In this document: positions 9,263-19,243 of the stretch, one piece after another | Numbering within the stretch: position 1 is the stretch's first letter | How the letters are laid out: each line of letters opens with the position of its first letter | NCBI GenBank assembly: GCA_964361595.1 | Contig: CAYIAX010000004.1 | Coordinates: 615-64,614 of the forward strand | Length of the DNA stretch: 64,000 nucleotides | From: an uncultured Candidatus Saccharibacteria bacterium | Lineage (GTDB): Bacteria; Patescibacteriota; Minisyncoccia; UBA6257; 2-01-FULL-56-20 | Reading direction: 5' to 3' | Notes under the pieces: model-generated | The model's database searches: none | What the model was told of the DNA's origin: nothing | Seen by the model: the letters and a program-made list of their open reading frames with translations, nothing else | Made by a program: the position numbers and the translations under genes

Positions 9263-10360
9263 TTACGAATTCGCTCGATTCGATTTGATTCGTATTTTCG
9301 TGCGATTATTGCCGTGCGATGACATCCGCAAAAATTTTTGCGCGAGCGCTATGGCCGCTTGCGGAGAAGAAATCCAATGGATTTCTTTGTCGCGCTTGAA
9401 CCAGGTCATCTGCCGCTTGGCGTATTGCCAGATCGCTTTCTCGAGAGCTTGAAGCATTTCAGCTTTTTTCATGAGACCGCGCAGATAATAATTGATAAAA
9501 CGATATTCCAATCCCAAGGCGTCGAGCCGCTTTGAGCTTAATCCTTGTTTTTTGAGTTTCTGAACTTCTGTAATCATTCCCGCTCTCACGCGCTTATAAA
9601 GGCGTTCGTGAATCCGGTTTTTAAGCTCGCGTTCCGGCAAACGCACGCCGATCTTTAAAACTTCATACGGAGATGATTTGCCCAAAGGCGGAACGGGTTT
9701 TTTTGTCGTCAGCACAATTTCGAGCGCTCTTACGAGCCGCCGCGGATTGAAGCGATCAATCGTTTTTGCGCGTTCGGGATCAAGCGCTAAAAGTTTTTTG
9801 TAAAGCGACTCCGTGGTTTCGCGCTCAAGTTTTTTTCGTAAAGCGAAATTCGGTTTCACGGCCGGTAGCGCATAGGCTCCAAGCAAGGCGTTAACATATA
9901 AACCAGTTCCTCCGACAATGATAGGAATTTTATTCTTGGCTAAAGTTTTCTTAATGGCGGTTTTTCCCAGCCGTTGGAATTGAGCGACTGAAAAGATGCG
10001 CTGCGGCGAGGCGACATCAATCAAGTGATGAGGGACACCGCGCATCTCACGCTTAGTAATTTTGCCTGTGCCGATATCGAGCCCGCGATAAACCTGGCGT
10101 GAATCGGCGGAAATAATTTCGGCGCTTTTTCCGTGCCGCTTTAACCATGTCGCTAATTTAATCCCTAGAGTGGATTTGCCGCTGGCGTTGGGGCCGACAA
10201 CAGCAATGATTTTAGGTTTTTTAGTTGTGGTGGACCCCGTTAGAAATAACTTGGGCCAAATCTTTGAGTAATTGTAATCATAGCCCCAGCTGGAATTAGT
10301 TGAAGAGGCAAATTTATAAGTGTAAGCGCGAATTTCTAACGGGGTGGACACCTTGTTCAT
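9263..10360 (-). CDS. miaA: tRNA dimethylallyltransferase (start uncertain; N- and C-terminal extensions)
   Basis: GPNASGKS, ADSRQVYRGLDIGTGK, YAKRQMTWF. Confidence 0.93.
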   Translation of the reverse strand: MNKVSTPLEIRAYTYKFASSTNSSWGYDYNYSKIWPKLFLTGSTTTKKPKIIAVVGPNASGKSTLGIKLATWLKRHGKSAEIISADSRQVYRGLDIGTGKITKREMRGVPHHLIDVASPQRIFSVAQFQRLGKTAIKKTLAKNKIPIIVGGTGLYVNALLGAYALPAVKPNFALRKKLERETTESLYKKLLALDPERAKTIDRFNPRRLVRALEIVLTTKKPVPPLGKSSPYEVLKIGVRLPERELKNRIHERLYKRVRAGMITEVQKLKKQGLSSKRLDALGLEYRFINYYLRGLMKKAEMLQALEKAIWQYAKRQMTWFKRDKEIHWISSPQAAIALAQKFLRMSSHGNNRTKIRIKSNRANS

Positions 10361-10477
10361 AAGAAAAGCCTTATTTTACCTTGATTTTTAAGCAATTTTA
10401 TGCTATATTCTACATAACAATCAAGAGGCGCATCGTAAAGCGAAGCGCTCCGGGGTTCTGTTCGAGAGGGGGGTGCG

Positions 10478-10627
10478 ATGGAAGATAGTTTCGTGAGCTC
10501 GGATTTTTTAAAGGGCCTTTTAGCTTTTCTCGTAATCGCGGGATTGTACCTATATAAGTGGTTGTTTCCCCAACCGCCACAATACGACAGGAGATTCCGG
10601 CATCGCCATCGTTCGCCGGATGAATAA
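10478..10627 (+). CDS. 49-aa single-TM microprotein
   Basis: MEDSFVSSDFLKGLLAFLVIAGLYLYKWLFPQ...; GAGGGGG SD, promoter at ~10381-10409, terminator after. Confidence 0.6.
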   Translation: MEDSFVSSDFLKGLLAFLVIAGLYLYKWLFPQPPQYDRRFRHRHRSPDE

Positions 10628-10648
10628 TAATTCCGCACCCATATAGTT

Positions 10649-10673
10649 AGGCCGCCTTTATGGGGCCTTTTTT
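10649..10673 (+). terminator. Intrinsic terminator
   Basis: AGGCCGCC-TTTAT-GGGGCCT then T run. Confidence 0.6.
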
Positions 10674-10776
10674 CGTTGCTGGGACGCTCTTTTGCTTTCA
10701 AAAGGTTATTGTATATTTAAATAAGTTCACCTGTGGGACGGATCGATCCGGGCTCGCCGCCGTATAGGGGGAAAAG

Positions 10777-10887
10777 ATGGTCCTGCCCGTTGTGATAATT
10801 CTCGTCGCTCTCGTGGCAATCTTAGCATTCGTGTCGGTTGTGCCTCGAGAGTTCATCGAATCGTTTTTCTTCCGGAAATTGCAATAA
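10777..10887 (+). CDS. 36-aa hydrophobic microprotein
   Basis: MVLPVVIILVALVAILAFVSVVPREFIESFFFRKLQ; AGGGGG SD; own promoter and terminator. Confidence 0.6.
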   Translation: MVLPVVIILVALVAILAFVSVVPREFIESFFFRKLQ

Positions 10888-10888
10888 C

Positions 10889-10916
10889 GCTCCTGGCTTT
10901 GCCTGGAGCTTTTTTT
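10889..10916 (+). terminator. Intrinsic terminator
   Basis: GCTCC...GGAGC followed by T7. Confidence 0.65.
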
Positions 10917-10926
10917 GTGGCAGCTT

Positions 10927-12816
10927 TTACAGCTTTTCTGCGTTTTCCTTTTTAATTTTCGCAATTAAATTTTCAAGTTTAAATTCGCCCTCGGCATCCC
11001 GATAAGTTTTGCGTTCTTTATAAAGCCCCGGATGCCGTACGCTTGCGCTCCGGTTTTTTTCCTCTTTTTCACCGACGATAAGCAGGTAGGGGATTTTTTT
11101 AAGTTCTGCTTCGCGGATGCGGCGGCCTAGGGTTTCCGTGGCGGGAGAAATTTCCGCGCGGATGTCCGACGCCCGCAGTTCAGCCGCAAGCGATTCCGCA
11201 TAAGCCGCGGATTTTTCTCCGACCGGAAGAATTACGGCCTGCACAGGGGCGAGCCAAACCGGAAATGCGCCGGCAAAGTGCTCGATGATGATAGATAAAA
11301 ATCTTTCGATCGAGCCCATGATGGCGGCATGAATCATGACGATCCGCTCCGGCTTGCCGGATTCGTTTATGCAGGTCAAATCAAAGCGGTCCGGCATGTT
11401 TAAGTCGAGCTGAATCGTCGCCACTTGCCATTCGCGCCCTAAAGAATCGGTGGCCAAAAAATCTAGCTTCGGGCCGTAAAAAGCTGCTTCACCAATCGCT
11501 TCGAGGTGTTCCATTTGCTTGCGCTTCACGATTTCGCGCAAAATATTTTCTGCTTGAGTCCAGCGGGCCTTGTCGCCCAAAAATTTTTTCGGCTGTTTGG
11601 GATCGTGGAGTGAAAGTCGCAGTTTCAACTCTAAACCGACTGCACCGTAAAATTTCTGCACGATCTCCCAAATCTTCAATAATTCTTCTTTGGCCTGGAT
11701 GAGACGGCAAAAAACGTGTGCATCATCCTGGGTAAAACTCCGCACGCGCGAGAGGCCGGATAGCTCGCCGGTCTGTTCATCGCGGTAGCACATCGTGGTA
11801 TTCGCGTAACGCTGCGGAAGTTCTCGATAGCTCCACTGGCGCCGCGCATATATTTGCGTGTGATGCGGACAGTTCATCGGTTTCATCGCGAAGAGATGTC
11901 CTTCCCTGGTTGTGATTTTGAAAAGCTCGTCTTTGAATTTTTCCCAGTGGCCGCTTCGTTCGTAGAGTTCCTTTTTCGTAATGTGAGGAATTTCTACGCG
12001 TTCGTAACCTTTTTCGCGGCGTAGCTGCCAGACAAAGTCATCCAAAATGTTCCGCAAGAGCGTTCCTTTGGGGGGCCAAAGCTGCAAACGACTGGCGACG
12101 AGAGCCTAGAAAACGTAGAGGTCAAGTTCCGGCCCCAATTTTTTATGGTAGCGCTTTTCTGCTTCGGCGCGGCGCGCAAGATATTTATCCAATTCTTTTT
12201 TGTTTTGGAAAGCCAGTCCGTAGATCCGCTGGAGCTGGGGATTTTTTTCGCTGCCTTTCCAATACGCGCCGGCGATTTTGTCGAGCTTGAATCCATCCGC
12301 CGGAATTTCCTCTGTATTTTTCACGTGGCCGCCGCGGCACAAATCAATAAACGCAGATTTACGCTGATCAAACGCGGATGAACGCGGATTTAAGTTGCCT
12401 GTTACGTAAACTGTCAGGGTTTTCTTGTCCTTCGAAAAATCCTTTATAAGTTCGAGTTTGAAGGGCTGGTTCTTAAAAAGTTTTTTGGCTTCGGCGGGCG
12501 TAACTTTTTTCCCTGAAAACGGCAAATGCTCTTTGATCAGCCGGCGCATTTCCGCTTCGATTTCGGATAGATCTTCCGGGCGAATCTGCGTAGATCCGCG
12601 CTTTGATCCGCGTTTATCCGCATCTAATTGGAAGTCATAATAAAACCCGTTCTCGATCACGGGGCCGATGCCCAGTTGAGCCTTGGGAAATTTGCGCAAA
12701 ACAGCGTCGGCCAAAAGGTGGGCAAGCGAGTGGCGGACTTTGTCTAGCCGTAGGCTCGCTTCGTCCTGCCGAAGGCGGATTTTGTCGAGCGAGGCGTAGT
12801 TATGCTTTTGCGGCAT
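10927..12816 (-). CDS. thrS: Threonyl-tRNA synthetase, interrupted by one in-frame TAG at 12106-12108
   Basis: RHSLAHLLA, DLCRGGHV, LQRIYG; MKPMNCPHH, FTQDDAHVF, AAFYGPKLD; both ORFs are in the same frame. Confidence 0.93.
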
Positions 12817-12890
12817 TTTTTTATTATAGGCGTTTTAACTCTGTTTTTAAAGGCCTTAACGACTGCTCTCAACTGCGGTATTATGGCTTT

Positions 12891-14207
12891 ATGCTTGACA
12901 TCAAATTCATCCGGGAGAACGAAAAAGAGCTGAAAAAAGCCATCAAAAATAAGAACTTGTCTCTTGATCTCGACGCGCTTATTTCTTTGGATAAAGAGAG
13001 GGTAGAACATATCCAAAAAATCGAAGAACTGAAGGCTCTAAAAAATAATCTGAACAACAGGGTATCCGCCGCCAAGGACGACGAGGAAAGAAAAAAAGCG
13101 ATAGAGGAAGGAAAAACGATAAAAGAAAGATTGTCCGAGCTTGAGCCGGAACTCAATGCAATCAATGAAAAATTCGAGGAAATGATGGTCCAGGTGCCGA
13201 CGATACCTTCAGCTGACACGCCAATCGGGAAAAGCGAAGAAGACAATGTTGAGATCGCGCGCTGGGGCGAACCGGAATTCAAGGGTGGTTTCAAGCCGAA
13301 GGATCATATCGAGATCGGCAAAGCGCTCGACATCATAGATTTCGAGCGGGGAGCGAAAGTCGCGGGCTTCCGCGGTTATTACCTCAAGGGCGACGGCGCG
13401 GCCATCGTCCTGGCGCTCATGATGTATGCGGCGGAAAAAATGATAAAAAAGGGATATCCGCTCACGATCCCGCCGACGCTCGTTAAGGAATTCGCTCTTT
13501 TCGGCAGCGGATATTTCAAAGGCAGGGAATACGATCCGGAAACCGACGAAATTTATCTGGTCGGTTCGGGAGATAGGGAAGCGACGGGAGAAAAAAGCAG
13601 AGACAAAAAATTCCTGGTCGGCACGGCGGAACCGTCTCTTTTGGCTTACTATTCTGACGAAGTGATTGACGAAGAGAAACTCCCGATAAAAGCATCGGGT
13701 TTCAGCCAGTGCTACAGGAGCGAGATAGGCAGTTACGGCAAGGACGTCAAGGGCCTCTATCGGGTGCACGAATTTATGAAAGTGGAACAGGTTGTTATCT
13801 GCAGGGACGACAAAAAAGAAGCGGAGATGTTACAGGAAGAGATGATCGCGATCTCAAAAGAGATGCACGAGGAGCTCGGCTTGCCTTACCGGCAGGTAAT
13901 AATCTGCACGGGAGAATTGGGTCCCGGAAAATACAGGCAGTACGATCTCGAGGTTTGGCTGCCCGGAATGAACCGCTGGGCGGAAACCGGTTCGGCGAGC
14001 ATTTTTCTTGATTGGCAGTCGAGAAGGCTGAATGTTAAATACGCGGATAAGTCCGGCAAGAAAAAATTCGTCTACATGTTAAACAATACCGCCCTCCCGA
14101 GTCCCCGGCCCCTGATCGCCATCCTCGAGAATTATCAGACCGAGGACGGCAAGGTGAGAGTCCCCGAAGTTCTCAAAAAATACCTGGGTAAAGATATAAT
14201 CGGATAA
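12891..14207 (+). CDS. serS: Seryl-tRNA synthetase
   Basis: MLDIKFIREN, LVGTAE, GLYRVHEFMKVE, ILENYQ. Confidence 0.96.
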   Translation: MLDIKFIRENEKELKKAIKNKNLSLDLDALISLDKERVEHIQKIEELKALKNNLNNRVSAAKDDEERKKAIEEGKTIKERLSELEPELNAINEKFEEMMVQVPTIPSADTPIGKSEEDNVEIARWGEPEFKGGFKPKDHIEIGKALDIIDFERGAKVAGFRGYYLKGDGAAIVLALMMYAAEKMIKKGYPLTIPPTLVKEFALFGSGYFKGREYDPETDEIYLVGSGDREATGEKSRDKKFLVGTAEPSLLAYYSDEVIDEEKLPIKASGFSQCYRSEIGSYGKDVKGLYRVHEFMKVEQVVICRDDKKEAEMLQEEMIAISKEMHEELGLPYRQVIICTGELGPGKYRQYDLEVWLPGMNRWAETGSASIFLDWQSRRLNVKYADKSGKKKFVYMLNNTALPSPRPLIAILENYQTEDGKVRVPEVLKKYLGKDIIG

Positions 14208-14219
14208 AATCTCTTTAAA

Positions 14220-15029
14220 ATGGGATCCGTTGACGTTTATATTCCCGAAGCACGCGCCTTGCGCGACCGCAAAACGCGGTATGTTTGGCTGGGCATCTTA
14301 TTTTTAGCTCTCTATTTTATTAGCCTCATTGCCGCTTGGGTTGTCTTCCGTTCGCCGCTTTTCAAATTCAAAGAGTTGAGGATCGAGGGCAATGAAACGG
14401 TTCAAAAAGAAGACATCCTCATGCTTTACCAAAGCAACATGTTCAGGGATTCCTTTTTCCGTTATCTTTTGGGCTATCGCAACTTTTTGGTTTGGCCGGA
14501 GGAGCTTACACCGGAAGAGTTGCGGCAGTTTCCGGTAATCAAACGGGCGGCAACGGAAAAAGATTACGGACGCGGTTTGCTTTTGATCAAAGTGGAGGAA
14601 CGGAAGGCGGCAGGAATTTGGTGCGGCATGCAAACGGAACTACCCCGCTGTTTTTGGTTCGACGACGAAGGCGTGCTCTTTGATAAAGCTCCGCTTGTCG
14701 AGGGCAACTTGATTCGCGCCGTGCGGGATTATGCAAGCGCTGAAATTTATTTGGGCGCCCGCGTGCTGGGCAAGGAGCAAATCACAAACCTACTCTCGGT
14801 CTTCCAGGTTTTTGCGCGAACGGGTTTGAGCGTCAAGGAAATTAGTTTGTCCGATTTGGGCCTGCAGGAGCTTACGATTACAACTTACGAAGGCCCGGAG
14901 CTTTATTTCAGCCTGCGTTTCAAAGCGGACGATGCGGCGCAAGTCCTGGATTTCTTGGACCAGAAGCCAAATTTCCGGAAATTCGAGTACGTTGATTTTC
15001 GAGTGAAGGATAGAGTGTACTATAAATAA
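14220..15029 (+). CDS. FtsQ/DivIB-like POTRA-domain membrane protein
   Basis: N-terminal TM, IEGNETV POTRA start, IKVEER, C-terminal YVDFRVKDRVYYK. Confidence 0.7.
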   Translation: MGSVDVYIPEARALRDRKTRYVWLGILFLALYFISLIAAWVVFRSPLFKFKELRIEGNETVQKEDILMLYQSNMFRDSFFRYLLGYRNFLVWPEELTPEELRQFPVIKRAATEKDYGRGLLLIKVEERKAAGIWCGMQTELPRCFWFDDEGVLFDKAPLVEGNLIRAVRDYASAEIYLGARVLGKEQITNLLSVFQVFARTGLSVKEISLSDLGLQELTITTYEGPELYFSLRFKADDAAQVLDFLDQKPNFRKFEYVDFRVKDRVYYK

Positions 15030-15065
15030 TGCAAAAATTAAAAATCAAAATGAAAAATGACGAAG

Positions 15066-15107
15066 TTTTCATACTTTCTAATTCGCGCGAATTAGAAAGT
15101 ATGAAAA
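15066..15107. repeat. Perfect 42-bp palindrome between convergent genes
   Basis: TTTTCATACTTTCTAATTCGCGCGAATTAGAAAGTATGAAAA equals its reverse complement. Confidence 0.85.
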
Positions 15108-15173
15108 ATTGTAAACATTCTATCTTCCAAAATCCAGAAAACTAACTTTTTCGAGAAAAGCCGGAGCAAGATA

Positions 15174-17198
15174 TCACAGTTTGTAAATAAAGATTGATGT
15201 GCCCGCCCTATAATCCGGTTCGGGGACATTCCCTATTCCTGGTTTTGGCGGGCGAAGCTCGGTAAGCCAGCGGTACTCCTCTTCCGGTTTGCGAACTTGG
15301 CCGGGCACGGTCGGCTGGATTGCGCCTTCAAGCGTATTGACCGAAACCGCTAACCAATGAATCGCGGATTTACGCTGACCATACGCGGACTCGCGCGGAA
15401 AATTTTCTGCGTTGGTCTGCGTTTGGTCTGCGTCGTTCTGCGCCAAAGAGGGGTTGCCGCGACCCGACCACCAATATTCCGCTTTGTCCTCGCCAAGATA
15501 ATATTTAGGATTGGCGCCGCCGAAATAATCAACGGCAATTTTATCGATTTCCGGGTTGGCTTCCACGAATTTCTTGAGCCGCAGCATGTCCTGTCCCCAG
15601 TCGTAGTTCGAATCAGTCACGAAGCGGTAACCGTTCTCTTTGCCGCCGCCAATTTCATTGAAGTAAGAGATGAAGTGAGGCGCATTTACGAGCGTTTCCA
15701 GAATGAACCAAATGACGAGCACGACGACGGCGATATATTTTAACGCGGCCGAGAAGAATAATTTTGCCCAAGCTTTGAGGTTTTGCCAAAAAGAATTTAA
15801 ACGAGGCACTTCAAGTCCGACCACCCATTGTTTCAGGGCGCTTGCCGTGAGGATATAAATGAAGGGAAGCGTCGGGAAAAGATGCCGAAAACCGATATTC
15901 AAAGGGCTCTGCATGCTCCAGCCCCAGTAAAGGATGATGAAAACCAGCATCGCAAATTCCGGAAAACGATTTTCGATGTATTCAAGCACGAAGCGCATTG
16001 CTTGCCGCGGCAGGCGGAATAATTTTCCGAGCATGTTCCGCAAGGCTGTGAGGATGGCGATGAAGATCATGAGGAGCACAGGCAGGGGTTCCTTTAAGGC
16101 ATAAACCACGGGGAAATAAGAAGTCCAGCCGGCGGCGGAAACTTCGCCTAAAAAGTAATTCGTATTTCCTCCCGAAGAGCGCTGGAGCACCATGAGGACG
16201 CCCAGCATGTATTCCGCGAAGGGCCGCGTTACGGGATTTTTTGTGAGCCAAATGTTCAAGTCGGCCAAGCAGCGCAGGGGTTTACAGCTTGCCTCGGGCG
16301 GCGTCGGTCCGTCTGCGAAGGAAGCCAGGATGAACTCCGTATCCGCGGTTTGCTTGGCTTGCGGATAATTGACCGTGAAAAGCGCGTAGACCGGATAAAC
16401 GATTAAAAGGTAGCCGATGCCGAAAATAACGATGAGCGCGCGAACATAACGGAAAGCGCGGATGCCGAAGCGCTTGAAACGCAGTGCCGGATCGGTATTC
16501 CGCCAATCGCGCAGCAAACCCACGCCGTAAAAAGCGATCAGCAAGAAAATGAAATATGGCATCAAAAGCACCGCAGAAAATTTTGCGAGCTGGGCGACGC
16601 CGAAAATAATCCCCGCAATGATTAAATGCTTGCGGGAAGGATGAAGCAAGAAAGTTATGAGCGCATAAGTCGCGGCGAAGACGCCGAAAGCAGCAGCGAC
16701 ATCGGTGGTAACGTAATGGCCGTGCGCAAGGATATTAGGCGAGAGGGCAAAAATCCCCGCTGGCAAGAGCGCCCAGAATTTGCCAACGAGCTCCCGCGCC
16801 CAAAAATAAATGAGCCAGACAAGGATGAGCGTCAAGAGCATGGGCCCGATGCGCGCAACCTGGATAATTTTGTCCGCATCATTGCCCGCGCCGTAAAGAA
16901 AATTCCAGCCCATCGCCCATTGGCCGTTTACCTCTTGCCAAGGCGGAATGTCGGTCGGGAGAGTTGGATTGAATGTTAAGAGCGGCAAACCAGCCAAAGC
17001 TTTAAGGAGCGGCGGATGCTCCGGGTTCAAACGAAAGTCCAGATTGTGAACGTAAGCGTAGCCAGCCGGAATATGAGCCAGCTCGTCCATGATCGCCGAT
17101 TCCTCGAGCGACGAATAGGTCATGAGCCCCGCAGCCGCTATCGTGATAAGTACGAGGATCCAGATCGGCCAGACGCGCGGATTCAAAGATGACTCCAT
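15174..17198 (-). CDS. ArnT/PMT-like (GT-C) membrane glycosyltransferase
   Basis: MDELAHI, NPEHPPLLK, many TM helices, DSNYDWGQD. Confidence 0.85.
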   Translation of the reverse strand: MESSLNPRVWPIWILVLITIAAAGLMTYSSLEESAIMDELAHIPAGYAYVHNLDFRLNPEHPPLLKALAGLPLLTFNPTLPTDIPPWQEVNGQWAMGWNFLYGAGNDADKIIQVARIGPMLLTLILVWLIYFWARELVGKFWALLPAGIFALSPNILAHGHYVTTDVAAAFGVFAATYALITFLLHPSRKHLIIAGIIFGVAQLAKFSAVLLMPYFIFLLIAFYGVGLLRDWRNTDPALRFKRFGIRAFRYVRALIVIFGIGYLLIVYPVYALFTVNYPQAKQTADTEFILASFADGPTPPEASCKPLRCLADLNIWLTKNPVTRPFAEYMLGVLMVLQRSSGGNTNYFLGEVSAAGWTSYFPVVYALKEPLPVLLMIFIAILTALRNMLGKLFRLPRQAMRFVLEYIENRFPEFAMLVFIILYWGWSMQSPLNIGFRHLFPTLPFIYILTASALKQWVVGLEVPRLNSFWQNLKAWAKLFFSAALKYIAVVVLVIWFILETLVNAPHFISYFNEIGGGKENGYRFVTDSNYDWGQDMLRLKKFVEANPEIDKIAVDYFGGANPKYYLGEDKAEYWWSGRGNPSLAQNDADQTQTNAENFPRESAYGQRKSAIHWLAVSVNTLEGAIQPTVPGQVRKPEEEYRWLTELRPPKPGIGNVPEPDYRAGTSIFIYKL

Positions 17199-17260
17199 TG
17201 TGTTTATTATACATTTTTCGTTGCTTTTTCCCCAGGAGCGGATAGAATTTGTGAGTAAAG

Positions 17261-19243
17261 ATGAAGGTCCCCAAGAAAAACATTTCCCGCCGCTTGGCTG
17301 ATATCAAAAATCGCAGCCAGGCCGTTCCCGAAGCCAAAGCAGAAGCCCCGATTGCCGTCGAGCGGATAATTTCAGTTTTTAAACCTGTAGCCGAGAAAAC
17401 CAGCTTGCCCAAGCGCAAATGGCCGCAGCGTTTGACTTTGATCGCCATAGTTTTTGCCTTGCTCGTCTTTGCGGGCTATGAGATTTTCGCTCGATCCGGC
17501 AGTATTGCCGGAATTCGAGCCAAGTTGAATTGGGCGGCAGGCGAAGGCGGGCCAACCGGTGAAACGTCCGGATTAAGTTGGGAGCAATTTTCAGCCAAGC
17601 TCAAACCTATTTTTGAAGAAGGCGGCGGGTTTTATGGAGATTTAGGCTTACTGGGATCGGCTTTCCTTAATTTATCTTCGGAAGCTGCGAAACTAGATAG
17701 TGCGCTCCAGGACGCACTCTTAGGCAAAAGCGGCGAACCGCTTTTGCGCGAGCTTAAGTCCACCGAGAATTATTTAAACGAGCTAAGCTCAACCTTAAGC
17801 TCGCTCACAAAAGAGGAAAGTATATTGAGCGGCGAAAATGCAGGCGCGCGGGCAGAAATATTGGGAGCCCAGCTCGAAGTCAACCGCATTTCGGAATTCC
17901 TTAAAGCTTTTATCCCGTGGCTTGCCGCGGACGAACCGCATCGGCTGGTGGTGATCCTGGGCAATTCTTCCGAGCTGCGGCCTGGAGGCGGGTTTATCGG
18001 CAGCTATGCCGAACTTAAATTGGAGAAAGGCCGGCTGGCGGAAATTAACGTCAGGGACATTAACGAACCCGATCGCTTGTTGGAGAAAAAAATAATTCCG
18101 CCGCGGCCGTTGCAGTTTCTCGTAAAAAATTGGCGCGCGGCCGATTCGAACTGGTTTTTCGATTTTTCGCAATCCGCACGGAAATTTATCGATTTGCTTT
18201 CGCAGTCTGAACTATACAAAGGAACAAAGCTTGAGGGCGTGCTCGCTGTTTCTTCGCAAGTTGTGAGCGATCTTTTGGGCATGACTGGTCCGATCGAGGC
18301 TGAGGGCACAGTTTTGACCAGTAAGAATTTTCTGCAGTCCATCCAGACGGATGTGCAATCGGACCAAGCCGAAGGAGCGGCCGAGCCGAAACAGCTTTTG
18401 AAATCCGTGGCCCCGCTCTTGCTTCAAGGCGCGGCAAAACTTTCCTTGGAAGATAAAAGGAAGCTTTTGGAGAAAATCGGCGAGTGGGTGAAGAACAAGG
18501 ATTTGCTTTTTTATTTCACCGAGCCGGAATTTGAAAAGCTGGCATCCGCCTATGAGTCTGCCGGCAAGGCTTACATTTTGCCGCGGGGCGAGAATGTAAA
18601 TTACCTGGCCGTAGTTAATGCCAACGTAGGCGGCGGCAAGAGCGACCTATACTTGGATCAAAATATCTTTTGGCAGGTCAGGCTGCGGGAAAACGGCGGG
18701 GCGGATTACAAAGTGCTTGTCGAGAAAACACATCGCGGAAATCAGAGCTCTTTTTGGTGGTATCAAGTGCCGAGCGAACACTATACGCAAGTCATTGTTC
18801 CTAAAGATTCCATACTCCTTGCGGCGAGCGGGGGCCGGGCGCGCGGAGCGCCGCCGCGTACGTACGACAGCACCTACGAAAGAGATCCGGATGTCGTGAG
18901 CTGGGAAGCGAGCCGAAAAATAAATGAAGAACTCCCAATGATTGAAGAATATGAAAATGGCAATAAAAGAATTTTTGCCACCTGGATGAAAACGCCTGTA
19001 GGCGAGACAAGTAGGTTAACGCTCGAATACTCTGGCCGGTTGCCGAAGCTGCCGCTTATTGGTCAGACATACAGCTTTGTGGTTGAAAAACAGGCGATGA
19101 GCCGCAGCGGTTTCAAGCTGGAGACGCTGGCTCCCGCCGGTTTCCGCTTCCGCGAAAATCATTTGCCCGTATATGAATATGAAACGCCCGCCTTGCCCGG
19201 CCGCTTGAGCCTAGAACTCACACTTGAGGCAGTACCTGAATAA
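17261..19243 (+). CDS. DUF4012-like membrane-anchored protein
   Basis: NSSELRPGGGFIGSY, DSNWFFDF, NANVGGGKSD. Confidence 0.75.
   Translation: MKVPKKNISRRLADIKNRSQAVPEAKAEAPIAVERIISVFKPVAEKTSLPKRKWPQRLTLIAIVFALLVFAGYEIFARSGSIAGIRAKLNWAAGEGGPTGETSGLSWEQFSAKLKPIFEEGGGFYGDLGLLGSAFLNLSSEAAKLDSALQDALLGKSGEPLLRELKSTENYLNELSSTLSSLTKEESILSGENAGARAEILGAQLEVNRISEFLKAFIPWLAADEPHRLVVILGNSSELRPGGGFIGSYAELKLEKGRLAEINVRDINEPDRLLEKKIIPPRPLQFLVKNWRAADSNWFFDFSQSARKFIDLLSQSELYKGTKLEGVLAVSSQVVSDLLGMTGPIEAEGTVLTSKNFLQSIQTDVQSDQAEGAAEPKQLLKSVAPLLLQGAAKLSLEDKRKLLEKIGEWVKNKDLLFYFTEPEFEKLASAYESAGKAYILPRGENVNYLAVVNANVGGGKSDLYLDQNIFWQVRLRENGGADYKVLVEKTHRGNQSSFWWYQVPSEHYTQVIVPKDSILLAASGGRARGAPPRTYDSTYERDPDVVSWEASRKINEELPMIEEYENGNKRIFATWMKTPVGETSRLTLEYSGRLPKLPLIGQTYSFVVEKQAMSRSGFKLETLAPAGFRFRENHLPVYEYETPALPGRLSLELTLEAVPE

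Noticed and set aside
10357-10964. Minus-strand ORFs 10357-10701 and 10698-10964
   Set aside because: No recognisable features; the plus strand has promoter, SD, peptide and terminator units instead
12106-12108. Genome-wide amber recoding
   Set aside because: TAG terminates infA, rpoA, lepA and atpB normally; only one internal TAG was seen, in a locally corrupted stretch
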